Shown here: positions 15,996-24,387 of the stretch, one piece after another | How the letters are laid out: each line of letters opens with the position of its first letter | Numbering within the stretch: position 1 is the first letter of the stretch | NCBI GenBank assembly: GCA_964354105.1 | Contig: CAYGXM010000003.1 | Span: 789 to 64,788 of the forward strand | DNA length: 64,000 nt | Origin: Candidatus Woesearchaeota archaeon | Lineage (GTDB): Archaea > Nanobdellota > Nanobdellia > UBA10117 | Reading direction: 5' to 3' | The notes under the pieces: generated by a model | Databases searched by the model: none | The model's input: the letters and a program-made list of their open reading frames with translations, nothing else | What the model was told of the DNA's origin: nothing | Program-made: the position numbers and the translations under genes

Positions 15996-16402
15996 CAAGA
16001 AATTCCAGAATTAACTATCAGCCTGCCCAATTCTAAGTCTTCCTTTTCATTGCTTTTTCTCTTGATTGCATCAAGTTTCACATTGCTGCAGGCTTCAGAA
16101 TCTTTCATTATGTCCCTTCTCTTTTGGGAATCAAAATACCCAAGGTAGCTCATTACCTGTCTGTCTTCAGTTTTCGTATAATCATAAAATGCACGCAAAA
16201 CTTTTGCCAGAAGAGGCTGGTATTTTTCAGTATCATTTCTTATGGCTCTGGCCTTGCAGTCCAGCCAGCAGCCAGCTACAATATCATCAAGCTCTTTATT
16301 AGATGCTGTCTTGAAATTTAATGCAAGATTGATAACTTTTAGCTTGCATTTATCTCCATGGCAGTACCCCAATTCAGTTTGTTGAGATTCAGAATTTCCC
16401 AT
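15992..16402 (-). CDS. hypothetical Cys-containing protein (136 aa; longer starts at 16465/16471 possible)
   Basis: The ORF-track start 16471 is TTG and overlaps the upstream gene. ATG 16402 (MGNSESQQTELGYCHGDKCK...) avoids that overlap. Confidence 0.45.
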   Translation of the reverse strand: MGNSESQQTELGYCHGDKCKLKVINLALNFKTASNKELDDIVAGCWLDCKARAIRNDTEKYQPLLAKVLRAFYDYTKTEDRQVMSYLGYFDSQKRRDIMKDSEACSNVKLDAIKRKSNEKEDLELGRLIVNSGISC

Positions 16403-16409
16403 TGTAAAA

Positions 16410-16748
16410 TCAGCCAACTTCTTGTATTTTCTGCAGTGCCCTATAAGCTTTGCCTCTTTCAGCATCACCAATTCTATAAGCTAGCTCTGCAGCAGCTTCA
16501 TAGCAGCCAGCTTTTTCATAATTCAGTATGGCTTCGTCAAAATTACCTGCAAGAAACGCTTTTTCTGCAGCAGCAACATGCTCTACACTGGCGTTCAAAT
16601 CAGCGTCTTCGAAAGTCTGTTCTGTATATTTAGGATCATTAGTATAGCCTTTAGCGACAGCCATAGCTATAGCTTTGGCTTTGCCTTCATCTGTCTGAAG
16701 GTTATTTAGTATTGATTCCAGGTTTTCAACCTTGTCACCGTTTGCCAT
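16410..16748 (-). CDS. small TPR-like helical protein (112 aa)
   Basis: AFLAGNFDEAILNYEKAGCYEAAAELAYRIGDAERGKAY resembles a TPR-type helix pair. The ORF starts with ATG. Confidence 0.5.
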   Translation of the reverse strand: MANGDKVENLESILNNLQTDEGKAKAIAMAVAKGYTNDPKYTEQTFEDADLNASVEHVAAAEKAFLAGNFDEAILNYEKAGCYEAAAELAYRIGDAERGKAYRALQKIQEVG

Positions 16749-16807
16749 ATAGTATTATATTATATAAGGCGTATATAAAGCTTTCCATATAGAAGCCTAA
16801 CCAAAAG

Positions 16808-16820
16808 CTTTATAAATATA
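16808..16820 (+). promoter_or_regulatory. BRE/TATA-like box for the 16856-20208 operon
   Basis: AAAGCTTTATAAATATA-type motif about 43 nt upstream of ATG 16856. The predicted short leader would contain AAAGGAG. Confidence 0.4.
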
Positions 16821-16855
16821 GTCAATATAGAAAGTATATAAACAAAGGAGCAAAG

Positions 16856-17008
16856 ATGGCAATAAAAATCTTTGAAAAGCTGTCGGTAATACCTATAATT
16901 TCAACAATAGTTGTAGCTATTGAAGTTATCAAAGCAATAAGCTATGGCGTTGATGTCAGAAGCATGATAGCAAGGGAGGCTGCAGGATTCTTGCCTGCTT
17001 TGGCCTAA
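16856..17008 (+). CDS. small hydrophobic protein (50 aa)
   Basis: ATG is preceded by AAAGGAG. The product is MAIKIFEKLSVIPIISTIVVAIEVIKAISYGV.... It is below the ORF-track cutoff and lies directly upstream of the next gene. Confidence 0.35.
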   Translation: MAIKIFEKLSVIPIISTIVVAIEVIKAISYGVDVRSMIAREAAGFLPALA

Positions 17009-17021
17009 GGAGATAAATGAA

Positions 17022-17402
17022 ATGAAATTCTTTAAAACAAAGGAAAAGGAAAAACCAGAGCTTACCTTAGATAATTTTATCATTCATGCAACTAAAGGTG
17101 CTGTAGAAACTATTCGTGATTACAACAACATAGTTGAAAGTGAAGTTGGGCAAATTGCTAATTATTCAAGAGAGCAGCTAGAAATCGCCTTGAAGTCCTT
17201 TGAAGATTATGATAACATAAAAAAAGAAAACTTATCTGCTATAGACAAATGCATGCAATATCAATTTGAAAAGCTTACACCAGAACAGCGGAAAGAAGCT
17301 ATAAGCAAAATAACCGCTGCACAAAGTTATGTTTCTGAAATTGAGCGCTACAATTCATTAAGGCAGAAAATACAATCACAGCTCGAGGTAGCTGTTGCGT
17401 GA
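17022..17402 (+). CDS. hypothetical helical protein (126 aa)
   Basis: ATG is preceded by TAAGGAG. No motif recognised. Confidence 0.55.
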   Translation: MKFFKTKEKEKPELTLDNFIIHATKGAVETIRDYNNIVESEVGQIANYSREQLEIALKSFEDYDNIKKENLSAIDKCMQYQFEKLTPEQRKEAISKITAAQSYVSEIERYNSLRQKIQSQLEVAVA

Positions 17403-17410
17403 GGTGAAAA

Positions 17411-18886
17411 ATGAGCATAAATGATCTGCATCTTGTTCAAAGGAAGCGCATAGATAAAAATATGCTGGAAAGGCGTGCACGCAAGCTGGAATCAGGCCTT
17501 GAAAAGGAATGGTTTGTTTTTGCCAACCCTGATTTGCCTGACAAGATAGCTTACAGCAAGGCGGTCAGCCAGTGCCTTAAAAATCCAGATAGCAATGTTT
17601 ACAAAATACTTGATGACAACGAAATTGAAATTCTTAAGATGACCGCAGGCGGTTTGGTCTTTTACAAAAACAACCTTATATGGGCAGTATCAGGCGCGAC
17701 AGGTGCGCGCGAGTACGAGATAGAGGAATACGCAATACCTAAACTTGAAAGCATGCGAATAATAGCGGAGATGGATAACATAGAACAAAATGGAGCAAAG
17801 CCTGTTAGAAAAATAATCATGGGCCGAAGCCCCTGCATAGAATTCCAAGGAATCAAAAACGAACTTAAATTTTCAAGACCATATAACTTTCCAACCGGGG
17901 CTATTTTGGGCTGGACCATAGATGATGCATACATCAATAATCATAATCTTAAATACGGTGAAGGCGTGAAAACGCCTGAGTGTTATGTAAACTACCTAAA
18001 CGCTTGTCTTGATAATTATCTGATAGAACCCGTACAATTGAATTCCGAAGCGAAAGAGGTAGAACTAAAATTAACAGATATTGGAAAATGGTATGTTTGC
18101 AATGTCTCATCCTGCAATTTGCCAGAATACTACGATGCAAAAACGTGGAAGGAACTAATTGCTACTAAAAAGAAATATGAAGCCATTGCTGATGCAGTTC
18201 TAAATCACACGGATTGTGAAAACACAAGGCATGATGCCAGAAAGTTTAAAGCAGATATATGGCAGATACTCGCCAGACCGAAGGATTCCACCAATGAAGC
18301 GATTAAGTATTCTATCGATTATGCATATGGATGCATCGCTGGTGAAAAACTTCTTGAAAGAATAAAAATACTTGAAAAACTTTACGAGCAAGGCAAAATA
18401 GATATTGGGTCACGTTTTACTTCAAAGCAATTACATGACCTTTGCAACGAGCTAGATATGCGCATAGACCTCCGCATGTTATCAGAGCCGCCAGAAATAA
18501 AGGACCTTGAGTGGTTACTAGAAGACTTAGGGTTCCTAGCCAGGCATTTTAATGAAATATACGGCGGCAATAAAGATAAATTTACAAAATATGAAAATAA
18601 ATTAGAACAAGCAAGGTCCGCGCGTTCCAGGGGAGATTTTGGAGAAGCATTAAGCATATACAATGACGTGGGTTGGAATGTGCGTATAGACGCAATTCTC
18701 AGGGAAAAGAAGCTAAACCCTGGAAAGTGCTCTTCTTGTGATGGTGAATCTTACAGCTGGAAGGACGATAATATTCATTATGTAGTTTGTGAGAAGAATT
18801 TAAAGCATAGTCGTTACTCAAAACGTAAAACTCACGTAACAGAAGCTGAAGAGGATTTGCTGGCAAAATTAAAGGTGGGGGCATAA
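17411..18886 (+). CDS. hypothetical protein (491 aa) with C-terminal zinc-ribbon-like CxxC...C motif
   Basis: ATG is preceded by GAGGTGA. The C-terminus reads GKCSSCDGESYSWKDDNIHYVVCEKNLKH. No family recognised. Confidence 0.6.
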   Translation: MSINDLHLVQRKRIDKNMLERRARKLESGLEKEWFVFANPDLPDKIAYSKAVSQCLKNPDSNVYKILDDNEIEILKMTAGGLVFYKNNLIWAVSGATGAREYEIEEYAIPKLESMRIIAEMDNIEQNGAKPVRKIIMGRSPCIEFQGIKNELKFSRPYNFPTGAILGWTIDDAYINNHNLKYGEGVKTPECYVNYLNACLDNYLIEPVQLNSEAKEVELKLTDIGKWYVCNVSSCNLPEYYDAKTWKELIATKKKYEAIADAVLNHTDCENTRHDARKFKADIWQILARPKDSTNEAIKYSIDYAYGCIAGEKLLERIKILEKLYEQGKIDIGSRFTSKQLHDLCNELDMRIDLRMLSEPPEIKDLEWLLEDLGFLARHFNEIYGGNKDKFTKYENKLEQARSARSRGDFGEALSIYNDVGWNVRIDAILREKKLNPGKCSSCDGESYSWKDDNIHYVVCEKNLKHSRYSKRKTHVTEAEEDLLAKLKVGA

Positions 18887-19267
18887 ATGAAATCTGAAGA
18901 GATAGTAAAGTTCAGCCAGCATGTATTCGACCGCTATTCAGAGCGCATGAAAAAAATTCACGGCAGCCGCATCAAAGAATATGGCGTAGTCGACGAGGGA
19001 AAACTAAGAAACGAGATTCTGATGAAAGGTAATTTTTACCACGATGTTAAGTCTGGCGATCCAAATGAGTTTCACTGCATTGTAAATAAACTAACAGTTT
19101 ACGTTGGCAGCACAAATAAAGATGGGAGCCTGTATATTAAAACTACATACCCATACAGTAAAGACTTTCAAGGCTTGGTTACAAGATTTGAAAAAATAAA
19201 TACTCCTCCTGTTGTGCAGAGATGGCGGGAAGATTTAGAAAGTAGGCTAGGTGTAAAGATAAGATGA
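18887..19267 (+). CDS. hypothetical protein (126 aa), possibly a small toxin-like fold
   Basis: Starts 1 nt after the upstream stop. The N-terminal FSQHVFDRYSER and the later FHCIVNKLTVYVG...LYIKTTYPY are reminiscent of DUF4258-type small toxins. This similarity is weak and judged by eye. Confidence 0.5.
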   Translation: MKSEEIVKFSQHVFDRYSERMKKIHGSRIKEYGVVDEGKLRNEILMKGNFYHDVKSGDPNEFHCIVNKLTVYVGSTNKDGSLYIKTTYPYSKDFQGLVTRFEKINTPPVVQRWREDLESRLGVKIR

Positions 19268-19596
19268 CAACTGATTTTGGAGAAAGAAAGATGGTATCAT
19301 GCAGGTTGCCTAAAGGTCAATTAGGATTGCTCTGGACACTTGTCGAATCAGGAAAATTTAACAATCTTACTGCAACAATTGAAAAAGCAGTCCAGGATTT
19401 CATAAAGACCGAGCCGAGCCTTAATCCTGATACTGTTGTAGCAGTTTTGCCAAGGCAGGATTATATAACACTATTAAAAATGCATAAAGGCTATGCTGCT
19501 GAAGGCGCAAAAGAAGCTATTCAGCAGTACATAGAAAACAACGGAAGCGGGTTTCACAAGGATTTTGAAAAGCTTAAAAAATACGAAAATCAATAA
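19264..19596 (+). CDS. tandem ribbon-helix-helix-like protein (110 aa)
   Basis: ATGA overlap with the upstream gene. There are two RHH-like units: KMVSCRLPKGQLGLLWTLVESGKFNNLTATIEKAVQDFI and VVAVLPRQDYITLLKMHKGYAAEGAKEAIQQYI. Confidence 0.5.
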   Translation: MTTDFGERKMVSCRLPKGQLGLLWTLVESGKFNNLTATIEKAVQDFIKTEPSLNPDTVVAVLPRQDYITLLKMHKGYAAEGAKEAIQQYIENNGSGFHKDFEKLKKYENQ

Positions 19597-19608
19597 AAGG
19601 AATTGAAG

Positions 19609-20208
19609 ATGGAGAAAGAAAAGTTCATTAAGTATGTTGTTGGAGATGAAAATTCAGAATTCGTAGCAACAGACTTGCTGGACAAGGAAATTGAAAGGCT
19701 GAAAAGAGGCCAGTTTATGACTCCTTATAATTTTTCCTTATTCAAAGCCTATAAAAACGGCCGAATTAAATTAGGTGAAGTCGCTGAAAAACGTGATTCG
19801 CAGAGAAGTTTTCTCTATGCTTTGGCATTAGGCTTTATCCAAAGAGCAGATGAACCGATACCAAATGAAAATTCTGTTGAAGAACAAAAAGGTGCAAAGA
19901 TACTATACGATCTTGAAGAAAAAATCAGCATACCGTACTTGAGAAAGCCAAAGCCACCTGTACAATACTTGAGAGAGCCAAAGCCAAAGGTGCCGGATGA
20001 AACTCTTTCCAGGGTATTGATTTATGTGCACACGCGCTTGGAAAATAAACCTGATGGGTTTTTATGGGAAAGTTCCATAGAGACTGATTTAGGACTGGAT
20101 TATGTTACTGTTAACGATGCGCTGTCGGAACTGGGCAGGCAGGGTAAGCTTAAAATCCGCAAAGAAGACCCGCACAGGAAAGTACAATTACTCCAAACAT
20201 ACACCTAG
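19609..20208 (+). CDS. hypothetical protein with C-terminal wHTH-like domain (199 aa)
   Basis: The ORF-track start 19603 is TTG; ATG is at 19609. There is an internal tandem YLRKPKPP/YLREPKPK repeat. The C-terminal LGLDYVTVNDALSELGRQGKLKI looks like a wHTH. Confidence 0.55.
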   Translation: MEKEKFIKYVVGDENSEFVATDLLDKEIERLKRGQFMTPYNFSLFKAYKNGRIKLGEVAEKRDSQRSFLYALALGFIQRADEPIPNENSVEEQKGAKILYDLEEKISIPYLRKPKPPVQYLREPKPKVPDETLSRVLIYVHTRLENKPDGFLWESSIETDLGLDYVTVNDALSELGRQGKLKIRKEDPHRKVQLLQTYT

Positions 20209-20244
20209 CAATAAGCTTAAATCTTTCTTTTTTGATTCAAATTA

Positions 20245-20685
20245 ATGGTCACAACTTACAGAAAGTATGTAGCAGCCATAATATTCTATAGAACCAAATC
20301 TGCAGATTTGTTTTTGTTATTGCATCGTAAACAGAATTGGAGAGGCTGGGAATATGTCAAAGGCGGCCTTCTTCCTGGTGAATCTCTTAGGGCAGGCTTG
20401 AGGCGAGAAATAAGAGAGGAAACAGGGGCAAGGAAGTTTAAAGTTATCAAGAAGCTTCCACTAAAAATAAGATACAAGTGGCCGAAATCATATTTGAAGG
20501 ATGAAAAGCGATGGAGGGGTGCAGTACAGCAAGTTTATGTTGCTGAAGTCTTCAGCAAGAAAATCAAGCTTGACAAAAAAGAGCACTCTGGTTATAGATG
20601 GATTTCAGGAAAAACTACAGTTAAGATGCTGACATATAAGGAGCCAAAGGCTGCAATGAGATTCGTTTTGAAGAAATATATTTAG
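20245..20685 (+). CDS. Nudix hydrolase
   Basis: Complete Nudix box GGLLPGESLRAGLRREIREETGA (Gx5Ex7REUxEExGU). A TATA-like AAGCTTAAATC lies about 26 nt upstream of the ATG. Confidence 0.85.
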   Translation: MVTTYRKYVAAIIFYRTKSADLFLLLHRKQNWRGWEYVKGGLLPGESLRAGLRREIREETGARKFKVIKKLPLKIRYKWPKSYLKDEKRWRGAVQQVYVAEVFSKKIKLDKKEHSGYRWISGKTTVKMLTYKEPKAAMRFVLKKYI

Positions 20686-20766
20686 GGTAAGTGTTAAGGT
20701 TTGTGGAGCTTAGCAGAAGTTGCTTTTCCTAGACATAAGAGCTTACATGCGAGCAGGAAGCGAGCA

Positions 20767-21555
20767 TCAGCCATACATTGCATTGTAAGGGTCTGCTTTT
20801 TGCTTCAATGCATCTGAAATGCTTTTTTCATTAGTGATCTTGGAAAGCTCGGTTTGCCCCAACATCACAATATCACTCTTGTCCTTGCCCTTGCAGAATT
20901 TTTCTTTCCTGATTTCATGAGACTGGATATGGTTTATGTAGCCCAAAGCCACAAGCTTTGAATCGACTTCTGCCAAAGCTTCATTGGAAGTCTTGTGTTC
21001 GGCGTAAATCATTAAAGTGAAAAGGGAGTAGGCATTTGCCCGTATGTCGTCACGCTCTTCAGGCGTCTGACCTTCGATTTGCATAGAACCTGGGATGCGC
21101 AGCACTCTTGCCCCAATCACTACGGCTGAAACGAGGTTTGCAAAAGGGTTTCTCGTTATGTTCGCAAAATCCAGGTATTTCTGTTTAGCCTCAAGCAATT
21201 TAGCCATCTGTATCTCGCCATACCTGTTCTTGTAATTTTTTTCCTGGACAGCAAAGCTCTGTTCCAAATAAGCCCTTTCTTTTTCATCTTTCGCTTTTTG
21301 CAGTGCTTTCGCCTTTGCGGCAGCGAGATTTTTTGCAAAATCATCTGGCTCAACAGCAGAGGTTATTACTTTCGTGACATAATTAACCAAAGCTTCCCGC
21401 GCAAGATCGAGACGTGTGTTTAGCTCTTCGTACGTTCTCCTGTCCAGCTTCTGGAATCCATCAACTAAATCTTCCTGGGCTTCCAGGATTAATGTTTCCA
21501 GGCTCTTCGCCTTCGTCATCATCATCACCGCCACAGCTATCACTAACTGCGGCAT
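20767..21555 (-). CDS. hypothetical helical protein (262 aa)
   Basis: ATG-started ORF whose first 95 nt overlap the 3' end of the upstream gene in another frame. No motif recognised. Confidence 0.5.
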   Translation of the reverse strand: MPQLVIAVAVMMMTKAKSLETLILEAQEDLVDGFQKLDRRTYEELNTRLDLAREALVNYVTKVITSAVEPDDFAKNLAAAKAKALQKAKDEKERAYLEQSFAVQEKNYKNRYGEIQMAKLLEAKQKYLDFANITRNPFANLVSAVVIGARVLRIPGSMQIEGQTPEERDDIRANAYSLFTLMIYAEHKTSNEALAEVDSKLVALGYINHIQSHEIRKEKFCKGKDKSDIVMLGQTELSKITNEKSISDALKQKADPYNAMYG

Positions 21556-22399
21556 TTATGAACAATTCAATGTTTGAGGGCCGCTCATCTAACATGTCAT
21601 CAGTTTCGTATAATGCGGCAGAATAGTGGTTTCGGTAATCGAACATAGCCTCTTCATAGCCAATTTTGACAACTTCTGATCCGAGCTTCTCGAATTTTGT
21701 CAGTTTGTCAATAAGTCGGGCTTGCCGCCTTTCCAGACTCCCGAATTTTCTCGCAGCTTTTTCATCTGGAGCAAGCAATTTCCTGTCAAAATTTATGTCG
21801 GTATATGTCATGGTAACTTGCAGGTAAGATATTGCAGCATAAAGCAGCCCATGCACAAGCTTCGTCGTGGTACTTCTCCTGTCAGAATATGTTTTCAATG
21901 CCTCGGAGAGCGAAAGCACAACATCATTTCCACCTTTTAGTTTTGTCAGTCTGCTGTCCAACTGGCCTATCATGCTTTCAAGGTCTTTTTCAGCAGGATA
22001 TTTATTCCCGTAGCGTTTGAGCAATTTCATGCCGCGCTTTTTCATGCGCTCCAGCCTGTGTTGCTTGAAAATATAATGCCTTATGTATGGATTATCGAGC
22101 CAGAGGCGCGGCCTTTCTAAGTGCTCCTTCACGTCTTTGTTCTCCTCTAATTTGGCCATGTCTCTTTTCAAGTTAAAGTAAGCGCGCAAGTCGTGCAGGT
22201 CCCTGTATTCGCGGACATCAGGGTCCGCAACATTTTCTAAGGCACTAATCTGGCTTTCGAGGTTGTTGAGCTCTTTTCTTATAACGCCATCTGGGCCGAA
22301 TTCTACCTCGACAGTTTCGCATAGATATTCAGCATCGTCCAGCAGACCTCCAACCAAATGCTGTGTTTCCCAGAATAGCTCTGTAGTTCTATTAACCAT
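21461..22399 (-). CDS. hypothetical protein (312 aa) with acidic Gly/Asp tail
   Basis: ATG-started ORF with a TATA-like CTTAAAAAG about 26 nt upstream. The C-terminus reads CGGDDDDEGEEPGNINPGSPG. Confidence 0.55.
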   Translation of the reverse strand: MVNRTTELFWETQHLVGGLLDDAEYLCETVEVEFGPDGVIRKELNNLESQISALENVADPDVREYRDLHDLRAYFNLKRDMAKLEENKDVKEHLERPRLWLDNPYIRHYIFKQHRLERMKKRGMKLLKRYGNKYPAEKDLESMIGQLDSRLTKLKGGNDVVLSLSEALKTYSDRRSTTTKLVHGLLYAAISYLQVTMTYTDINFDRKLLAPDEKAARKFGSLERRQARLIDKLTKFEKLGSEVVKIGYEEAMFDYRNHYSAALYETDDMLDERPSNIELFINAAVSDSCGGDDDDEGEEPGNINPGSPGRFS

Positions 22400-22460
22400 T
22401 TCAAGCTAGAATTAGCAAGTCTTAAAAAGCAAGCGCCTAAGTTTACTTTAAAATTTCAGC

Positions 22461-22955
22461 ATGGCAAAAAATGACAAAACAGGAATACATAATTCAAATG
22501 TATTTTACATGTCATCAGGCATGCTGCCGCCAATGACAAAAGTCGATAATCTTTATGGAAAATACAAAAAGCAAATCCAAGAATTAATTACTAATTACGA
22601 AGATCAAGACGGCCAAAAAACTCAGATAGAATATTATATTTCTGAGTTGCCCACTATCGCAACAATGCTAGGCAACAGCGAAGAAATTGTTAAAAAGGTT
22701 CTTAATGCTTTGGAAAAATATTCTGGAAAAGAGCCAGCAAAAGAACCTCTATTGCTAAACCCGCCATTATGGCCAAGACATCTGGCTGCAGCATACTATT
22801 TTGCAACTAAAGACACTGCAGAGCGCAGGAAACAGAAGGACATAGCAGATGCTTTTGGAATAGACCCTAAAACACTAAATAAAGGCATTAAAGATGTAAC
22901 CGGCCTTCTCGACGGCTTCTTTCAAGAAAGTAGCAAGGCGCAGAAAGCTTTATAA
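22461..22955 (+). CDS. hypothetical protein with a single TFB-like cyclin-repeat/HTH segment
   Basis: HLAAAYYFATKDTAERRKQKDIADAFGIDPKTLNKGIKDV aligns by eye with the second cyclin repeat of the window's own TFB ([40 protein letters not shown]). Confidence 0.45.
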   Translation: MAKNDKTGIHNSNVFYMSSGMLPPMTKVDNLYGKYKKQIQELITNYEDQDGQKTQIEYYISELPTIATMLGNSEEIVKKVLNALEKYSGKEPAKEPLLLNPPLWPRHLAAAYYFATKDTAERRKQKDIADAFGIDPKTLNKGIKDVTGLLDGFFQESSKAQKAL

Positions 22956-22991
22956 TATTGAAAATATAGTAAATAATATACCAAAGGTATT

Positions 22992-23417
22992 ATGCAGATG
23001 ACAAGCCAAGATACAATAGCGACGGTCACAGTTCAGAACATTTCAGAACTTGAGAGCCAAATTCGAAAAGCAAAACACGTCAACATAGATTTTTCTTTTG
23101 AGCGCAATAGATTAGGGCCAACACAGCAATACAAGTACGTACCAATGATAATTGCAAAGACAGAGAAAAAAACTGTAATATATGATGGTATTAATGAAGA
23201 AGACCCAGATTTTGGATACTGCAGGATACGAACGTTAAGCGCTGGAATAAACCTTGCTGATAGGCTGGAAGGTGAAGTTTATATTACAATTGATGGTGTG
23301 CCGTACAACAAGGTAAGAAAAGTGCTCAAGACTCATATAGAAGCGTTGCATGAAAAGATGCAGGCAAGGAAAACGAAAGACAGTATACCCACAGCGTATA
23401 ACAGCTTAAATACCTGA
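22992..23417 (+). CDS. hypothetical protein (141 aa)
   Basis: ATG-started ORF with AAAGCTTTATAATATT upstream. No motif recognised. Confidence 0.5.
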   Translation: MQMTSQDTIATVTVQNISELESQIRKAKHVNIDFSFERNRLGPTQQYKYVPMIIAKTEKKTVIYDGINEEDPDFGYCRIRTLSAGINLADRLEGEVYITIDGVPYNKVRKVLKTHIEALHEKMQARKTKDSIPTAYNSLNT

Positions 23418-23478
23418 AGATTTGGACAAAAATACCTAGAGCAAGCTTAAAAACCTAATTTTGCTATTTTGATTTGTT

Positions 23479-23961
23479 ATGCCAGAGAAAACAAACAAAT
23501 TAGAAAAACTGAAAGCAGAATATGACAAATTAAAACAGAAATATAAATTACCACAATTTGATGAGCTGAATAATGAATTTGAAATTTATGATATCAAAAC
23601 AAATTCTTTCATAATAAGGGAAATAAGCAGAAGGATTATCCGCAAGGCAGAAGATTTTCTCAGCATGTTGAATCCGATTCTAAACCCAAATCCAAACAGC
23701 CTGCACAGCATAATTGAAACAAAGATTTTCGAGAAGCAGGATTTGGAGCCGATGTTTGATTTTTACAGGAAATTATTCCAGCTGGCGCATAAAGGCATAA
23801 CTGCCTCTTTCGAATCTGAAGCTGTAGAAGCTGCATGGATAAATGAAGTTTGGAAAGCCTGGCCAGAAATTAAAAAACAAATTGCCGGCTATAGCAAGAA
23901 GATAACTGAAGGCTGGGGCAAAGTAGAAAAAGAAGTTTTTACAGATAAATATTTGGGCTAA
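23479..23961 (+). CDS. hypothetical protein (160 aa)
   Basis: ATG-started ORF with a TATA-like AAGCTTAAAAACC centred about 28 nt upstream, which suggests a leaderless mRNA. No motif recognised. Confidence 0.5.
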   Translation: MPEKTNKLEKLKAEYDKLKQKYKLPQFDELNNEFEIYDIKTNSFIIREISRRIIRKAEDFLSMLNPILNPNPNSLHSIIETKIFEKQDLEPMFDFYRKLFQLAHKGITASFESEAVEAAWINEVWKAWPEIKKQIAGYSKKITEGWGKVEKEVFTDKYLG

Positions 23962-23980
23962 GGGGAAGTCCTTAATGCAA

Positions 23981-24026
23981 GCGAAATTCATATTTCGCTG
24001 CACAACAAAATCTTTAAGATTTTGTT
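23981..24026 (+). terminator. two consecutive hairpins downstream of 23479..23961
   Basis: GCGAAAT-TCAT-ATTTCGC (23981-23998) and AACAAAATCT-TTA-AGATTTTGTT (24004-24026). Confidence 0.35.
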
Positions 24027-24103
24027 TGTGTCAGAGAAAGCTTAACTTGCCGCTAACAATGCTTGTAAACTTTTTGCAGACATTTACAGATTCACCTTTG
24101 GCA

Positions 24104-24117
24104 AACCTCTTAAAAGT
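24104..24117 (+). promoter_or_regulatory. TATA-like box for tRNA-Pro
   Basis: AACCTCTTAAAAGT, with its core centred 27.5 nt upstream of the tRNA 5' end at 24139. Confidence 0.45.
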
Positions 24118-24138
24118 ATGATACTAACTATTGGTTCT

Positions 24139-24382
24139 GGGGCTGTAGTCTAACTTGGTAGGACATATCCTTGGGGTGGTCGTCCACAAGCGCAGCTTGA
24201 TGTGCTTGTTCGATTGAAACAAAATGGGTATAATCTGAGTTCAAACAGCCTGCGGAGCTGTAAGATGCTCCTCAGAAAGCAAAGCCCTAGCTGAATAAAA
24301 TTCAGCGGGGACCAGAAAAAGTGCGATACTTTTTCTTGGTCTTGTCTCTGCTTGTTCGGCTGAGAAAATCTCAGCAGCCCCA
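24139..24382 (+). tRNA. tRNA-Pro (anticodon GGG) with two predicted introns (48 nt at 37/38, 123 nt at 59/60 in the T-loop)
   Basis: Acceptor GGGGCTG/CAGCCCC. D arm GTCT-AACTTGGTA-GGAC. Anticodon arm TATCC-TTGGGG[intron 24177-24224]T-GGGTA. Variable TAAT. T arm CTGAG-TTCAAA[intron 24246-24368]T-CTCAG. Discriminator A. The mature length would be 73 nt, and G37 fits Pro. Confidence 0.75.
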
Positions 24383-24387
24383 TTTTT

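Noticed and set aside
19921-19990. Direct repeat TACTTGAGA(A/G)AGCCAAAGCCA, two copies 33 nt apart
   Set aside because: It is in-frame and encodes the duplicated peptide YLRKPKPP/YLREPKPK inside the 199-aa wHTH protein. It is not a CRISPR or regulatory repeat.
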